Below, piece after piece: positions 19,789 to 29,462 of a stretch of DNA of 64,000 nucleotides (positions within the stretch are counted from its first letter, which is position 1; every line of letters begins with the position of its first letter). The translations under genes and the position numbers were made by a program. The DNA is from Planctomycetota bacterium (lineage in GTDB: Bacteria; Planctomycetota; UBA8108; UBA1146; JAJFFE01), in NCBI GenBank assembly GCA_039028735.1, contig JBCCHQ010000016.1:1758-65757 (forward strand), given 5' to 3'. Below the pieces are notes generated by a model that worked only from the letters and a program-made list of their open reading frames with translations, had not been told where the DNA came from and did not search any database.

Positions 19789-20463
19789 CTAGCCGTACGC
19801 TTCGACCGCCTCACCGCGCCCGATCAAGACCATGCTGGCCAACCCTACGAAGAGCCCATGCTCAACGACACCGGGGATCGCACCCAGTGCGGTAGCCAGC
19901 GCGTCCGGGTCGTCGATCTGCCGAAAGGGGCAGTCCAGAATGAAGTTGCCTTCGTCGGTGCGAAACGGCCGGCCGTCTTTGTCAGTGCGCTGCACCGGCT
20001 GACACCCCAAAGGCGAAATGGCAGTGCGAACAGGCTCGAGGGCAAACGGTATGACCTCGACCGGCAGTGGAAACGCACCGAGTTTTTCGACGTACTTGCT
20101 GCCGTCGGCGATGACGATCATTCGGTCACTCGCCGCGGCGACGATCTTCTCTCGCAACAGCGCACCGCCGCCCCCCTTGATCAATCGTAGCTGTGCATCG
20201 ACTTCATCGGCGCCGTCGATCGTGAGGTCGAGCTGGTGCAACTCGTCGAGAGTCGTGACGTCGATTCCACACGCGAGCGCCTGTTGCGCCGTCGCCTCCG
20301 AGGTGGCAACACAACGTACGCTCAGTCCTGTACGCACTCGCTCGCCGAGAAAGTCCACCATGTGCTTGGCCGTGGATCCCGTGCCCAGTCCCAGACGCAT
20401 GCCATCCTCGACGAACTCCAAGCTGCGCCGGGCGGCCGCCTGCTTCTCGTGATCTCCACTCAT
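19789..20463 (-). CDS. rpiA: Ribose-5-phosphate isomerase A
   Basis: [29 protein letters not shown] motifs. Confidence 0.85.
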   Translation of the reverse strand: MSGDHEKQAAARRSLEFVEDGMRLGLGTGSTAKHMVDFLGERVRTGLSVRCVATSEATAQQALACGIDVTTLDELHQLDLTIDGADEVDAQLRLIKGGGGALLREKIVAAASDRMIVIADGSKYVEKLGAFPLPVEVIPFALEPVRTAISPLGCQPVQRTDKDGRPFRTDEGNFILDCPFRQIDDPDALATALGAIPGVVEHGLFVGLASMVLIGRGEAVEAYG

Positions 20464-20574
20464 CTAGACTCCCCTCTCACGAGGGGCAGCCTATCAGATC
20501 AGGTAGTCCGTGCGGAGACGATCTGCGCAGGACAGGTGACAGCGCGCCGTCCTGGAAGCGCTGCCAAGGTGGGA

Positions 20575-22311
20575 CTACTTGCGCAGTGGGTTCTTGCGCA
20601 GGGCCTTCACGACGAACTCCCGCGACTCTTTCGTCACGAGGCGGATCGTCTTCAGCAGACTGTTACGGTAGGCGTACTGCGGCTTGTTCTTCATCAAGAC
20701 CTTCATCGTGGCTCGCGCGTCGTAGGGGTAGACGAACTCCTCTTCGCCAACTTTTGCAGCCGGCTGTGCCGCGGGAGCGGCCTCCCCGTCCTTGCCCTTC
20801 ACATACTTCTTGCGCCGGATTCCGTAGCGCTGCAGCAACTGGCGCAGCGATCGCTCGGTCTTGGTCTCCTCGTAGTTGCGCATCACGTTGAAGAACGTAC
20901 GCAGGAACAGGATCGGATGGTGCAGCATACGAGTCATGAAGAAGCCCATGTAGGCCTTACGACGCATCGTATTGAGTTCTTCGTTCGTGACCTCGTCGTC
21001 GAAGGATACAGCGCGGTTGAGATCGCCGATCGTCAACAGGTCCAGCCAGTCGCGCCCTTCCATCTTGTCCTTGCTGAGGTCCCACAAAGGTGTGCCGGGC
21101 AACGGAATGAACAGCCCGAAGCCGACTTCATCGACGCCGACCTTCGCGAGCTCCTTCGCGTAGTCGATCGTCATCTGCATCTCCTCCTTGGTCTCCCCAG
21201 GGAGTCCCAGAATGAAGTACGCAGCGACCTTCATGCCAACTTTGTGCGCCTCCCGACCGCATTCTTTCAGCTGCTCCAGATCGAAGTCGCGCCCCTTCTT
21301 GATGACTTCCTTCAGGACCCGTGGCGACCCACTCTCCGGAGCAAGGGTCACGTGGTTGCAGCCGCTCTCTTTCATCTTGCGCAGCATGCCACCGTTGGTC
21401 CGGCTAGCGCGAATCCCGTTCGGCGTCTGCCACTTGACGTCGAGTCCCCGCGCGATGATCTCGTCGCAGATCTCGATCAGGCGCTTCTCGTTGATCGTCA
21501 TGTTGTCGTCTTCGAAGTGAAACTCGGTAATGCCCCACGTATCGAGGCAATACTGCATTTCATCGACGACGTCTTGGGCAGAGCGCGAGACCCAGCGGGT
21601 CTTTCGCGAAGCACAGAACGTGCAGCCGTAGGGGCAGCCGCGCGAGCTCAGCATCGTCGTCCAGCGACCATTGGTTGCCCCGTGCGACTCTTGAGTCTGA
21701 ATGTACGACTCCATCGGCAGCAAATGGCGCGCTGGATACGGCACGCTACCGGAGTCGAGTTCAGTCAGACGCACCGATGATTCCAACTTCACGGGCTTGC
21801 CGTCTTGTCCGCGGACGACCAACCCTTTCAGCGCGTCGTAGTCGATCTTGCCATCCAAGTGCATCACCAGCCGCAGCAAGATCTCTTCGGCCTCACCAAT
21901 CGCGACATAGTCGACCGCTGGGCAGGTCTCGAGGATCTCGTCAGCTTGTGCTGATGGGTGCGGACCACCCAAGATGACCTTCATGTGTGGAAAGCGATCC
22001 TTGATGCGAACCGCGAGTTCCTCGACAGCCGGGTAGGCGAAGCTGAACAAGTTGGAGATCCCGACGAGATCAGCGTCCGGGTCGAGTCGCTCCAGAATGT
22101 CATCGAAACTGAGGCCGCGGAGAAACGTGTTCTTGTGGAACGGTGTGATCGTCTTCGGTGCTTCGCCAAGCGCATCGATGACTTGCACCTCGAAGCCATC
22201 CTCGAGCAGGTAGGCGGCCAGGTACGCTACGCCAAGCGGCGGCTGCACACCGGATGCTACTTGCGTCTTCACGAAAATCTGCGGCGGGTTGATGAGGACG
22301 GTCTTGATCAT
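20575..22311 (-). CDS. B12-binding radical SAM protein (class B) with Lys-rich C-terminal extension
   Basis: N-terminal cobalamin-binding domain (VLINPP..., DxxG-like, VGISNLFSFAY). CxxxCxxC in SSRGCPYGCTFCAS. Roughly 100-aa K-rich tail. Start set at MIKTVL. Confidence 0.8.
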   Translation of the reverse strand: MIKTVLINPPQIFVKTQVASGVQPPLGVAYLAAYLLEDGFEVQVIDALGEAPKTITPFHKNTFLRGLSFDDILERLDPDADLVGISNLFSFAYPAVEELAVRIKDRFPHMKVILGGPHPSAQADEILETCPAVDYVAIGEAEEILLRLVMHLDGKIDYDALKGLVVRGQDGKPVKLESSVRLTELDSGSVPYPARHLLPMESYIQTQESHGATNGRWTTMLSSRGCPYGCTFCASRKTRWVSRSAQDVVDEMQYCLDTWGITEFHFEDDNMTINEKRLIEICDEIIARGLDVKWQTPNGIRASRTNGGMLRKMKESGCNHVTLAPESGSPRVLKEVIKKGRDFDLEQLKECGREAHKVGMKVAAYFILGLPGETKEEMQMTIDYAKELAKVGVDEVGFGLFIPLPGTPLWDLSKDKMEGRDWLDLLTIGDLNRAVSFDDEVTNEELNTMRRKAYMGFFMTRMLHHPILFLRTFFNVMRNYEETKTERSLRQLLQRYGIRRKKYVKGKDGEAAPAAQPAAKVGEEEFVYPYDARATMKVLMKNKPQYAYRNSLLKTIRLVTKESREFVVKALRKNPLRK

Positions 22312-22495
22312 GATTCGCTCACTACCGGGATTCTCGACGGCCACAAAAGTCGTCGCCACGGAACACCAGCGACGCGTACACATGGGCAGACAGCGCGGCG
22401 GCTATCTACCCGTTCGTCGGCCGCTTCGGGAGTTGGCTGAAACACTTATGCGCGAGCCTGGCGCGCTCGCGACGTTCCGATAACTGAATTACCGG

Positions 22496-23911
22496 CTATT
22501 GCGGGAACTTGTTCCACGCTCGATCCCCGACGACGACGTTGCGGAAGCCGGCGAGACGCGAGTGCCGCCCCTTCTTGAGGTCGGACTCTTCGACGTGCAG
22601 TGTCATCGCGCGCGACCCGGGGAAGTTCTCGATGCGATCGCGAGAATAGTAGCCTTCCAGGTAGATGTCTCCTCCACCGCGGCGGCCGACCTGCAGCCAC
22701 TCGCCATCGCGAATGATCTCACCTCGTACGACCACAGTCGTCCGGTAGTCGACATGAACCGTGCCATAGAGATCCCCGAAGACAACGAGGGTCGTCCCGC
22801 GCTGGCAACGGACGACACCCGTGAGGTTTCCATCAATGCAGATCGTTCCAGAAGACTTCGCCGTAATGTTCCCCGCCATCTCACCGAGCACGACGACTCC
22901 CGCGTTACGCGAGTAGCGAAGTTCTCCAGCACGTCCAATACCAGCTTCCGCGTAGATCAACCCGCCGTGATCGAGCTGTAGCGACGTCAACAGCGGTGCA
23001 CCCAGAACGAGATGTCGATCTTTCGTGACGACAAGGTCGTGCGGCGGAAAATCGAGCTGGATCAGCTGCCCTTTGTTTACCCGCAGATAGTGATTGCGTC
23101 CGGGCATCTTGCCCAGCAGCTTGCGCAAGTCGCGCAAAGCCGTGTAGATGTCGGCAACTGGTTCGACACCCGTGACGACGTCGGAACTCATCCGCACCGC
23201 GCCCCCGTCGGGTACGGTCGGCAACTCTGCATAGGCCAGCACCACGCTGCGGTCGAGCGCATGCGTCGCGCGCTCCTCTTCGACGATGCGCGCCTTGTAG
23301 ACCCTGCCGTCACGGGCCCGAATCAAGACGACGCCGGTTCGTTCGTTGGCTGAGACCGAGCCATACAGCGTGACCTCGTCGGCCTCGCTGAGGTCGTCGG
23401 GCGCGTCGAGAAGCGCGTCGAAAACCTCGGGTTGCGTCGGCGGATTGCCAACGACAATCCGTGGATGATAGACCTGCTCGCTGCCTCCCGGCGTACCCAA
23501 TACGCAACGGCCACCACGTAAGTCGAAGCAGATCAGGTCGTGGCCACCCTTCACGGCTGACGTATCCGTTGCGTTGTCGGCGACGACGGTCGGGGAGCCA
23601 AACCGGTAGCGATCACCGATGCGCAGCACGACCTCGCCCGGCGCGAAAACGAGCGGCTGCGTGTCGCGGCGATCGACGGCGCCGTCGCCGCTATCGGCAG
23701 TTCGTTGCGGCGCGTCTACAAACGGCTGAAATGCAGGGTTGGCGGCCGGATCCACCTGACTCGTCGTGCGAGCGCTCGAGTGCGCGTCGAACCCGGCGGG
23801 CTGCGTCCGGTCCTCAGCGGGCCAATTCAACCAGCTCACGAACGCAAGGCACAACGCACCCGCCACGAATCCAACGCTGATCATCATGACTTTTGAGTGC
23901 GCGTCGCTCAC
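22496..23911 (-). CDS. Membrane-anchored hypothetical protein with beta-helix-like repeats
   Basis: N-terminal TM. C-terminal repetitive G/V/T-rich segments (GNITAKSSGTICIDGNLTGVVRCQRGTTLVVFGDLYGTVHVDYRTTVVVRG) suggest a parallel beta-helix. Confidence 0.45.
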   Translation of the reverse strand: MSDAHSKVMMISVGFVAGALCLAFVSWLNWPAEDRTQPAGFDAHSSARTTSQVDPAANPAFQPFVDAPQRTADSGDGAVDRRDTQPLVFAPGEVVLRIGDRYRFGSPTVVADNATDTSAVKGGHDLICFDLRGGRCVLGTPGGSEQVYHPRIVVGNPPTQPEVFDALLDAPDDLSEADEVTLYGSVSANERTGVVLIRARDGRVYKARIVEEERATHALDRSVVLAYAELPTVPDGGAVRMSSDVVTGVEPVADIYTALRDLRKLLGKMPGRNHYLRVNKGQLIQLDFPPHDLVVTKDRHLVLGAPLLTSLQLDHGGLIYAEAGIGRAGELRYSRNAGVVVLGEMAGNITAKSSGTICIDGNLTGVVRCQRGTTLVVFGDLYGTVHVDYRTTVVVRGEIIRDGEWLQVGRRGGGDIYLEGYYSRDRIENFPGSRAMTLHVEESDLKKGRHSRLAGFRNVVVGDRAWNKFPQ

Positions 23912-24022
23912 AGGTTTGGTCCCTTACAGGCTCCGGCGAAGAATCGTGACCTGCCACCAATAGAACGCGAAAATCACACCTCAGCCAAGAGAATCCCGGG
24001 TGAGAGATGCTGCGTATGCTGT

Positions 24023-24865
24023 CTACTGCCCGTGAGCGTTCGCATGATCTTCGGCAATGACGGCCGCAAGACGTTCGACAGCTGGCGTGAAGGCACTCTC
24101 CCACTCCGCTGCGCGTTCGGCGTTCCAACCCCAACCGACACCACGGATGCATGCCATGGCTTGCGCCCCGGCCCAGAAACCCTTCAGCTCCAGCACCCCG
24201 CTGCCTTCAGACCAAGCGATCGCCGTCTCTGCCGCTGTCTGCGCCAATACCGTTCCGGTGACGCTGCCGCCATCGCGGAGCACGAGCCGGCAGTCGCTGC
24301 CAACCGAACCCGGCACGCCAGACTCCGTCAGCCATTGCGCCAGTCCCGCTTCGTCGCGATAGAAGCGGTCTGCGTCAGGGAGCACCGGCGTGGGGCGCAG
24401 TAGCAGGAATGCACGCTTGTCGTGGCCAAAGTGGTTCTCGAGGTAGTGCCGCAGCGTGGCGAGCGCCATCTCCCACCCCGAGTCGATCCCCTCGTACTCG
24501 TTGTCCCACTCGGCACCATCTTGGAAGCCTGAGTTGACGAGGCGAATCACCGTCTTGCCCCCACGACTCTCAATGTCGATCTCGAGGACTCCGCGGGGGC
24601 GATCCGGCAGCTGCAGCGCCAGCACGAAACGTTTGTCTAGTTCCGCCTCCACGACTTGATAGGGAATTGGGTGCGGCACCATGTCGAACGACCACTCGAA
24701 CGTCGTGCCGACCTCGGGACTGCCTTTGGCATCATCGACGAACCACTGCGCCAACTTCGTCGGGTCGGTCCACGCGTCCCATACCTGGCGCGGCGTTGCG
24801 GTGGTCTCGATCTGCTTACGGACCTGGCGGCCACGACTGTCGTCATGCATTGGGTTGCTCCTCAT
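24023..24865 (-). CDS. SRPBCC/Aha1-domain protein (activator of Hsp90 ATPase homolog-like)
   Basis: N-terminal RQVWDAWTDPTKLAQWF typical of the AHSA1/SRPBCC fold. Paired with an ArsR regulator. Confidence 0.65.
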   Translation of the reverse strand: MRSNPMHDDSRGRQVRKQIETTATPRQVWDAWTDPTKLAQWFVDDAKGSPEVGTTFEWSFDMVPHPIPYQVVEAELDKRFVLALQLPDRPRGVLEIDIESRGGKTVIRLVNSGFQDGAEWDNEYEGIDSGWEMALATLRHYLENHFGHDKRAFLLLRPTPVLPDADRFYRDEAGLAQWLTESGVPGSVGSDCRLVLRDGGSVTGTVLAQTAAETAIAWSEGSGVLELKGFWAGAQAMACIRGVGWGWNAERAAEWESAFTPAVERLAAVIAEDHANAHGQ

Positions 24866-25583
24866 CGCTTTCCTGTGCGGTGTCTTTCAGTGGAGTCTTC
24901 TTCTTGGCGGTCATCTTCTGGGCGCTATCTGTGGGAGGGATCGGCCAAGAGCCCACGAGCAAGCGGTAAGGGCGTCCCGGTGCTTCCCCACCACTGCGGC
25001 CTTGCTGCGGCGACGTGAACCTCGCGACGACGTCGACAACCGCTTGTTGCAACGCTTCGGTGAACGCCGTCCGCTGCTGCGCACTCTCGAACCGAAACTC
25101 AGAAGACACCGACATCGTTGGCAACGGCTTGGCCGCGGCGGCAGCCTGCTCCCGCGCGACGGAGACTTCGTTCTGCAGCTGTGCTGCCAGCGCCAACAGG
25201 TAGGCGCTGCTGAAGGGGCCTGCGACCGTAGCGCGATCGAGGGCTGCCCCTCCCAACACCGCAGGCGCCAACAGGTAGGCGCGCGCCGTAGCGATGTAGC
25301 GCTGTTCGGTCATGCCGCGCTTCTTGCGGGTGCCGGCCTTGTGCAAGAAGCCGCAGCGATGTAGCTCGCGCACGTGGTAGTTGACTCGCTGCCGCGGCAC
25401 CCCCAAGCGCGTCGCAATGCCGGCTGCCGAAATCGGGGTGCGCGCTTCAGCGAGTACCGATGCCCGCAGCGGATGCAGCAGCGCCGCAGCTCGTGCCGGA
25501 TCGGCGACACACTCCAGCTCGCCGGCCTCGTTGGGCTTGGGATCGGCTTTGGAAGCCGCTTCTCTCGTCGATCTCGCGTTCAT
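24843..25583 (-). CDS. ArsR/SmtB-family transcriptional regulator
   Basis: HPLRASVLAEA...ISAAGIATRLGVPRQRVNYHVRELHRCGFL winged HTH. Confidence 0.7.
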   Translation of the reverse strand: MNARSTREAASKADPKPNEAGELECVADPARAAALLHPLRASVLAEARTPISAAGIATRLGVPRQRVNYHVRELHRCGFLHKAGTRKKRGMTEQRYIATARAYLLAPAVLGGAALDRATVAGPFSSAYLLALAAQLQNEVSVAREQAAAAAKPLPTMSVSSEFRFESAQQRTAFTEALQQAVVDVVARFTSPQQGRSGGEAPGRPYRLLVGSWPIPPTDSAQKMTAKKKTPLKDTAQESDEEQPNA

Positions 25584-25803
25584 GAAAGGGATTGTTGTCT
25601 AGAAAGCACTAGTTGTCAATAAAGCGCACGAGAGAGGTACTAAGTAACTTATTTTTGGTACCTTGCGCCCCTCCTGCGACCACCAGCGAGACCGTGTAGG
25701 CCGCCAGATCCAACTCCGGCAGATCCGCACCAGCCCAGCGGGTAGGATAAGAGCCGAACAGTTGCCCAACGCAGCCAGCAGATCAGAGAGGAGACGGCGG
25801 ACC

Positions 25804-26517
25804 ATGATCCAGCACAGCCCAAACCGACAGTTGCTCCAGGTCGCGGTGTTGATCGGGGTTTTCTCGCTCGTGCCGACAGCAACCTTCGGATTCATTCGCG
25901 GCGACGCCAACAGTGACGGTAGCGTCAGCATCGCGGATCCGATTGCCCTGTTGAACGTGCTGTTCGTGCCAGGTACTCCTCCGCTTGCGTGTGCCGACGC
26001 CGGCGACGGCAACGATGACGGCGCGCTCAACATCGCCGACGCCGTCTACGTGCTGAACGCGCTGTTCGTGCCTGGATCGTCACCGATTCCGGCGCCGTAC
26101 CCGACCAGCGGCACCGACCCAACGCCGGACTCGCTGCCGAGCTGTGCGCCGACCTCGATCCCGTTCCAGACCATTTCGATCGGCGACGACTCGGGTCATG
26201 CGACCGGGATCCAGACGGTGATCTACACCGCCAACGCGTGGAGCAGCTTCTGGTCGCTGCACAGCAACGCCCCCCTCCCCAGCGTCGACTTCAACCAAGA
26301 GATGGTCGTCGTCGTTCTGGCGATTGCGCCGAGTCTCGGGCACACGATCGACATTACGCAGATCGTCGAGAACGCCGGTGACCTCGAGATCCACTACACA
26401 GCGCTGCTGCCTGGCGCGTACCTGCCGATGCCGATAGAACCGCACCACGTGGTCCGCGCTCCGAGGACGTTTGGAAACAACGTCGTCTTCGTGCCGACGA
26501 TCATCGCGTTGCCGTAG
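25804..26517 (+). CDS. Secreted protein with N-terminal dockerin-like module
   Basis: RBS and signal peptide. GDANSDGSVSIADPIALLNVLF...DAGDGNDDGALNIADAVYVLNALF, followed by a PxP-rich Cys tail. Confidence 0.65.
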   Translation: MIQHSPNRQLLQVAVLIGVFSLVPTATFGFIRGDANSDGSVSIADPIALLNVLFVPGTPPLACADAGDGNDDGALNIADAVYVLNALFVPGSSPIPAPYPTSGTDPTPDSLPSCAPTSIPFQTISIGDDSGHATGIQTVIYTANAWSSFWSLHSNAPLPSVDFNQEMVVVVLAIAPSLGHTIDITQIVENAGDLEIHYTALLPGAYLPMPIEPHHVVRAPRTFGNNVVFVPTIIALP

Positions 26518-26574
26518 GCAGAACCGCCTGTCGCAACCGAAGAACGGCGCCTGAAGCGATAGAAAGGGCGTTCT

Positions 26575-27111
26575 TTGCCACAATCACCACAGTTAGACGA
26601 TGCGGAGCTGGACCGACGCTTCCTGACGCTGCGCATCATCTATGGCGTGCTGATCATGGGAGTCGTCACATTCGCGGCCGTAGCAGCGATCCTTCCAGCC
26701 GACGTGTTCGGCCCCAGCAACCTCGAACCGAACTCGTTCGACGACCGCTCTTTCGACAACGAGCCGCTCGACTCCGAACGCAGCGCGTCGCCGACACGCA
26801 TGCTGGTCTGGATCGCCATCGCATTGACCGCAACGACCGCGTTGCCTGCCGGGGCGCTGGCAGGCGCATTGGGGCGACGCAGTATCAGCGCAGGGCGACC
26901 GGCTGCAAGTCGCGTTTGGTCAAGCTACCAAGCAGCGAAGATCATGACGGCAGCTCTGATCGAAGCGCCGGGCCTCCTGTGGTGTGTGATCGCGCTGTTG
27001 ACCGGAGATGCGATCTACACGGCCGGCGCCGCGCTGTGTGCTGTGCTGATGCTCTGGAACTTTCCGAGCACGAACCAGTACGAAGACTGGGTGGCTGCTG
27101 CCGACCATTAG
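26575..27111 (+). CDS. Hypothetical membrane protein
   Basis: Three to four hydrophobic helices. No motif recognised. Confidence 0.35.
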   Translation: MPQSPQLDDAELDRRFLTLRIIYGVLIMGVVTFAAVAAILPADVFGPSNLEPNSFDDRSFDNEPLDSERSASPTRMLVWIAIALTATTALPAGALAGALGRRSISAGRPAASRVWSSYQAAKIMTAALIEAPGLLWCVIALLTGDAIYTAGAALCAVLMLWNFPSTNQYEDWVAAADH

Positions 27112-27116
27112 TCCTT

Positions 27117-28256
27117 CTACTGGCCGCGGGGCGCAAACGGTGCAAGATCCCACGCACAGTCACCGGTAAGAATCAGCTCAGACACCACCGCGGCAGTGAT
27201 CGGCGTCAACGCAACGCCGATCTTGTAGTGACCGACCGCAGCGAACAACCCATCGACGCCGGGCACGCAGCCAAGATAAGGGCGCAGATCCACAGACGAC
27301 GGACGCAACCCAGACCGGTGCTCGACGACTTGCGACGCCTGCAGCTCCGGGAGCAAGTCCACCGCACCGGCGAAGAGAAGCTCGCGTGCGGCCGGCGTCG
27401 GAGTGCGGTCGAAACCCGCTTCATGCTCGGTCGTCGCGCCAACGACAACCGTGTTCTGGTCGCGGCGCAGCACGTAGATCGCCCCGCAACGGATCAATCG
27501 ATCGCTGACGGGTTGCTGGACACGCAGCGTCAACGACTGCCCGCGAGCAGGCTCGGTCAACGTAGCATCCTGCACCGTACGAAGCTGCGCTGCATGCGCG
27601 CCGGCCGTCAGAAGCACCTGCTTGCACTCGATCGTTGCTGCGTCGTTGGCCAAGCGGACCCCGGTCACGCGAGCACCTGTCCCGCGATCGCCGGCGGTCA
27701 CGACATCTTCCACCTCGGCGTGTTCACGAATCTGCACCCCGCTCCGTTCACAGGCAGCGCGCAGCGCAGCGACCAGTCCGTCGACGTGCACCTGTGCCGT
27801 GATCCGGCAGTGAATCGCCCCATGCTCTGCAGGGCGTAGGCCGGGCTCGAGCTGCGCCACTTCGGCCGCGGTGATCACTTCTTGCGGCGCACAACCATCG
27901 ATCGCGTTCCACTGCTGCGCGCTGAGGCGCACCTCGTGGTGAGCGTTCTCGCGACGGCCAGCGCTGCGCAGTAACTCCAACCGTCCACGCCGCTCGTACA
28001 GCGGCTGCGTCGCAAACTGCGCGAGCTCTGCGCAGAAGTTGGGATAGAGAAGCAAAGATTCGCGCTGCAGTGCAGTCAGTGCATTCTGCCGCGTACTGAC
28101 CGAAGGGACCAACGCGCCCAGGGCGGCATACGACGCGCCGCTACCGCAACGGTCGGCTTCCAAAAGCGTAACTGCCCGTCCACCTTGAGCGAGACGCCAA
28201 GCAGTCGCGAGCCCCATCACGCCACCGCCAATGACGACAATATCCGGGGTCACTGG
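27117..28256 (-). CDS. FAD-dependent oxidoreductase (glycine oxidase ThiO / D-amino-acid oxidase family)
   Basis: DIVVIGGGVMGLATAWRLAQGG Rossmann FAD motif. DAO-family length. Start uncertain (GTG near 28256 or TTG/ATG at 28298). Confidence 0.7.
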   Translation of the reverse strand, partial: PVTPDIVVIGGGVMGLATAWRLAQGGRAVTLLEADRCGSGASYAALGALVPSVSTRQNALTALQRESLLLYPNFCAELAQFATQPLYERRGRLELLRSAGRRENAHHEVRLSAQQWNAIDGCAPQEVITAAEVAQLEPGLRPAEHGAIHCRITAQVHVDGLVAALRAACERSGVQIREHAEVEDVVTAGDRGTGARVTGVRLANDAATIECKQVLLTAGAHAAQLRTVQDATLTEPARGQSLTLRVQQPVSDRLIRCGAIYVLRRDQNTVVVGATTEHEAGFDRTPTPAARELLFAGAVDLLPELQASQVVEHRSGLRPSSVDLRPYLGCVPGVDGLFAAVGHYKIGVALTPITAAVVSELILTGDCAWDLAPFAPRGQ

Positions 28257-29344
28257 ACGGGGTCGACTTGCGGATTCGCCTGAGTGACGTCGTCCCATTC
28301 CAACGCGGCGCCGGCGGCGATGTCGCGCGCGGCACGACGGCCGACCACGCGATCCAGTGCCTCTGCGCCGATGCCCACCTGCGGACGGCGTGCCGACAAA
28401 TGCTCGCGAACGATCACGGACCCGGCTGCGATCGCGACCTTGGCCGTCAGACTCTTACGCACTTTCGGGATCGTCGGGACCTCTACTGCAGTGGGTTCCT
28501 TCTCTGCTCGCCCAACGGCTTCCGGTAGCTGTCGCAAAGCAGTCACCAGTTCTCCCAGTGCAGTAGGCTCCAACGAGGCGGCGTGGTCGGGCCCCTCGGC
28601 TTCGCGATCGTAGGTGAAGTGCTTCTCGATCACGACCGCGCCCAGCGCAGCTGCCATCACCGAAACCCAGATACCCGGAGTGTGGTCGGAGTAGCCAACA
28701 GGGCGGTCGAGGGCCGCGGCCAGAGTGGCAAGCACCGCAAGGTTCGCGTCCGGGACCGGACACGGATAGGCAGTCGTACAATGCATGACGACGATGTCGC
28801 GCGCGCCTGCGCCTTCGAGCCAACCCACGGCGCGCTGCACTTCAGGCAAGGTTCCCATCCCTGTTGCAAGAAGCACCGGCAGCCCGGTTGCCGCCACTCG
28901 CTCGAGGAGCAAGGGGTTCGTCAGGTCCGCCGACCCAACCTTGAATGCTGGCACGAGCGGCGCCAAGACGTCGACCGCCTCGACGGTGTGAGGAGTCGAA
29001 AGAAAGAGTATGCCGCGTTCGTCGCATACGTCCTTGAGCACAGCGAACGCATCCTCTGCCAGCTCGAGTGCCGCCAACAGCTGTCGTTGCGTCGCTGCCG
29101 TCTTGCCGCGTTTTTGGTACTCGACCAGCGGCGCGGCGTCGGTAACGAGATCGTCGGTGCGAAACGTCTGGAACTTGACGGCGTCGGCGCCCGCAGCGAC
29201 CGCAATGTCGATCAGTCGCAGCGCCGTATCGAGATCTCCGTCATGGTTGACCCCAGCTTCAGCGATGACGAACGGACGCTCGCCGCTTTGAAGCAGCCGA
29301 ACACCGATCGCGACGGAGCGCTCGCGGCCTGACTTCTCGCTCAT
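28250..29344 (-). CDS. NeuB-family nonulosonic acid synthase (sialic/legionaminic/pseudaminic acid synthase-like) with SAF domain
   Basis: VIAEAGVNHDGDLDTALRLIDIAVAAGADAVKFQTF..., GYSDHT, and a C-terminal SAF (antifreeze-like) domain. Start at MSEKSG. Confidence 0.8.
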   Translation of the reverse strand: MSEKSGRERSVAIGVRLLQSGERPFVIAEAGVNHDGDLDTALRLIDIAVAAGADAVKFQTFRTDDLVTDAAPLVEYQKRGKTAATQRQLLAALELAEDAFAVLKDVCDERGILFLSTPHTVEAVDVLAPLVPAFKVGSADLTNPLLLERVAATGLPVLLATGMGTLPEVQRAVGWLEGAGARDIVVMHCTTAYPCPVPDANLAVLATLAAALDRPVGYSDHTPGIWVSVMAAALGAVVIEKHFTYDREAEGPDHAASLEPTALGELVTALRQLPEAVGRAEKEPTAVEVPTIPKVRKSLTAKVAIAAGSVIVREHLSARRPQVGIGAEALDRVVGRRAARDIAAGAALEWDDVTQANPQVDPVQ

Positions 29345-29406
29345 GGAATTCGCCTTCCGTTCCCTGGTCTGCAGGGTATCGCGTCCAGCAACTCGCGAGA
29401 AGGGCA

Positions 29407-29440
29407 CAAAAAAACCCGGGCGCCGCTGAGCGGCGTCCGG
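29407..29440 (-). terminator. Intrinsic terminator downstream of the Cys/Lys repeat-protein gene
   Basis: On the minus strand: hairpin cccggacgccgc-tcag-gcggcgcccggg followed by TTTTTTT (plus-strand aaaaaaacccgggcgccgctgagcggcgtccggg). Confidence 0.5.
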
Positions 29441-29462
29441 GTTTGCGTTTCGCTGGCAGCGC

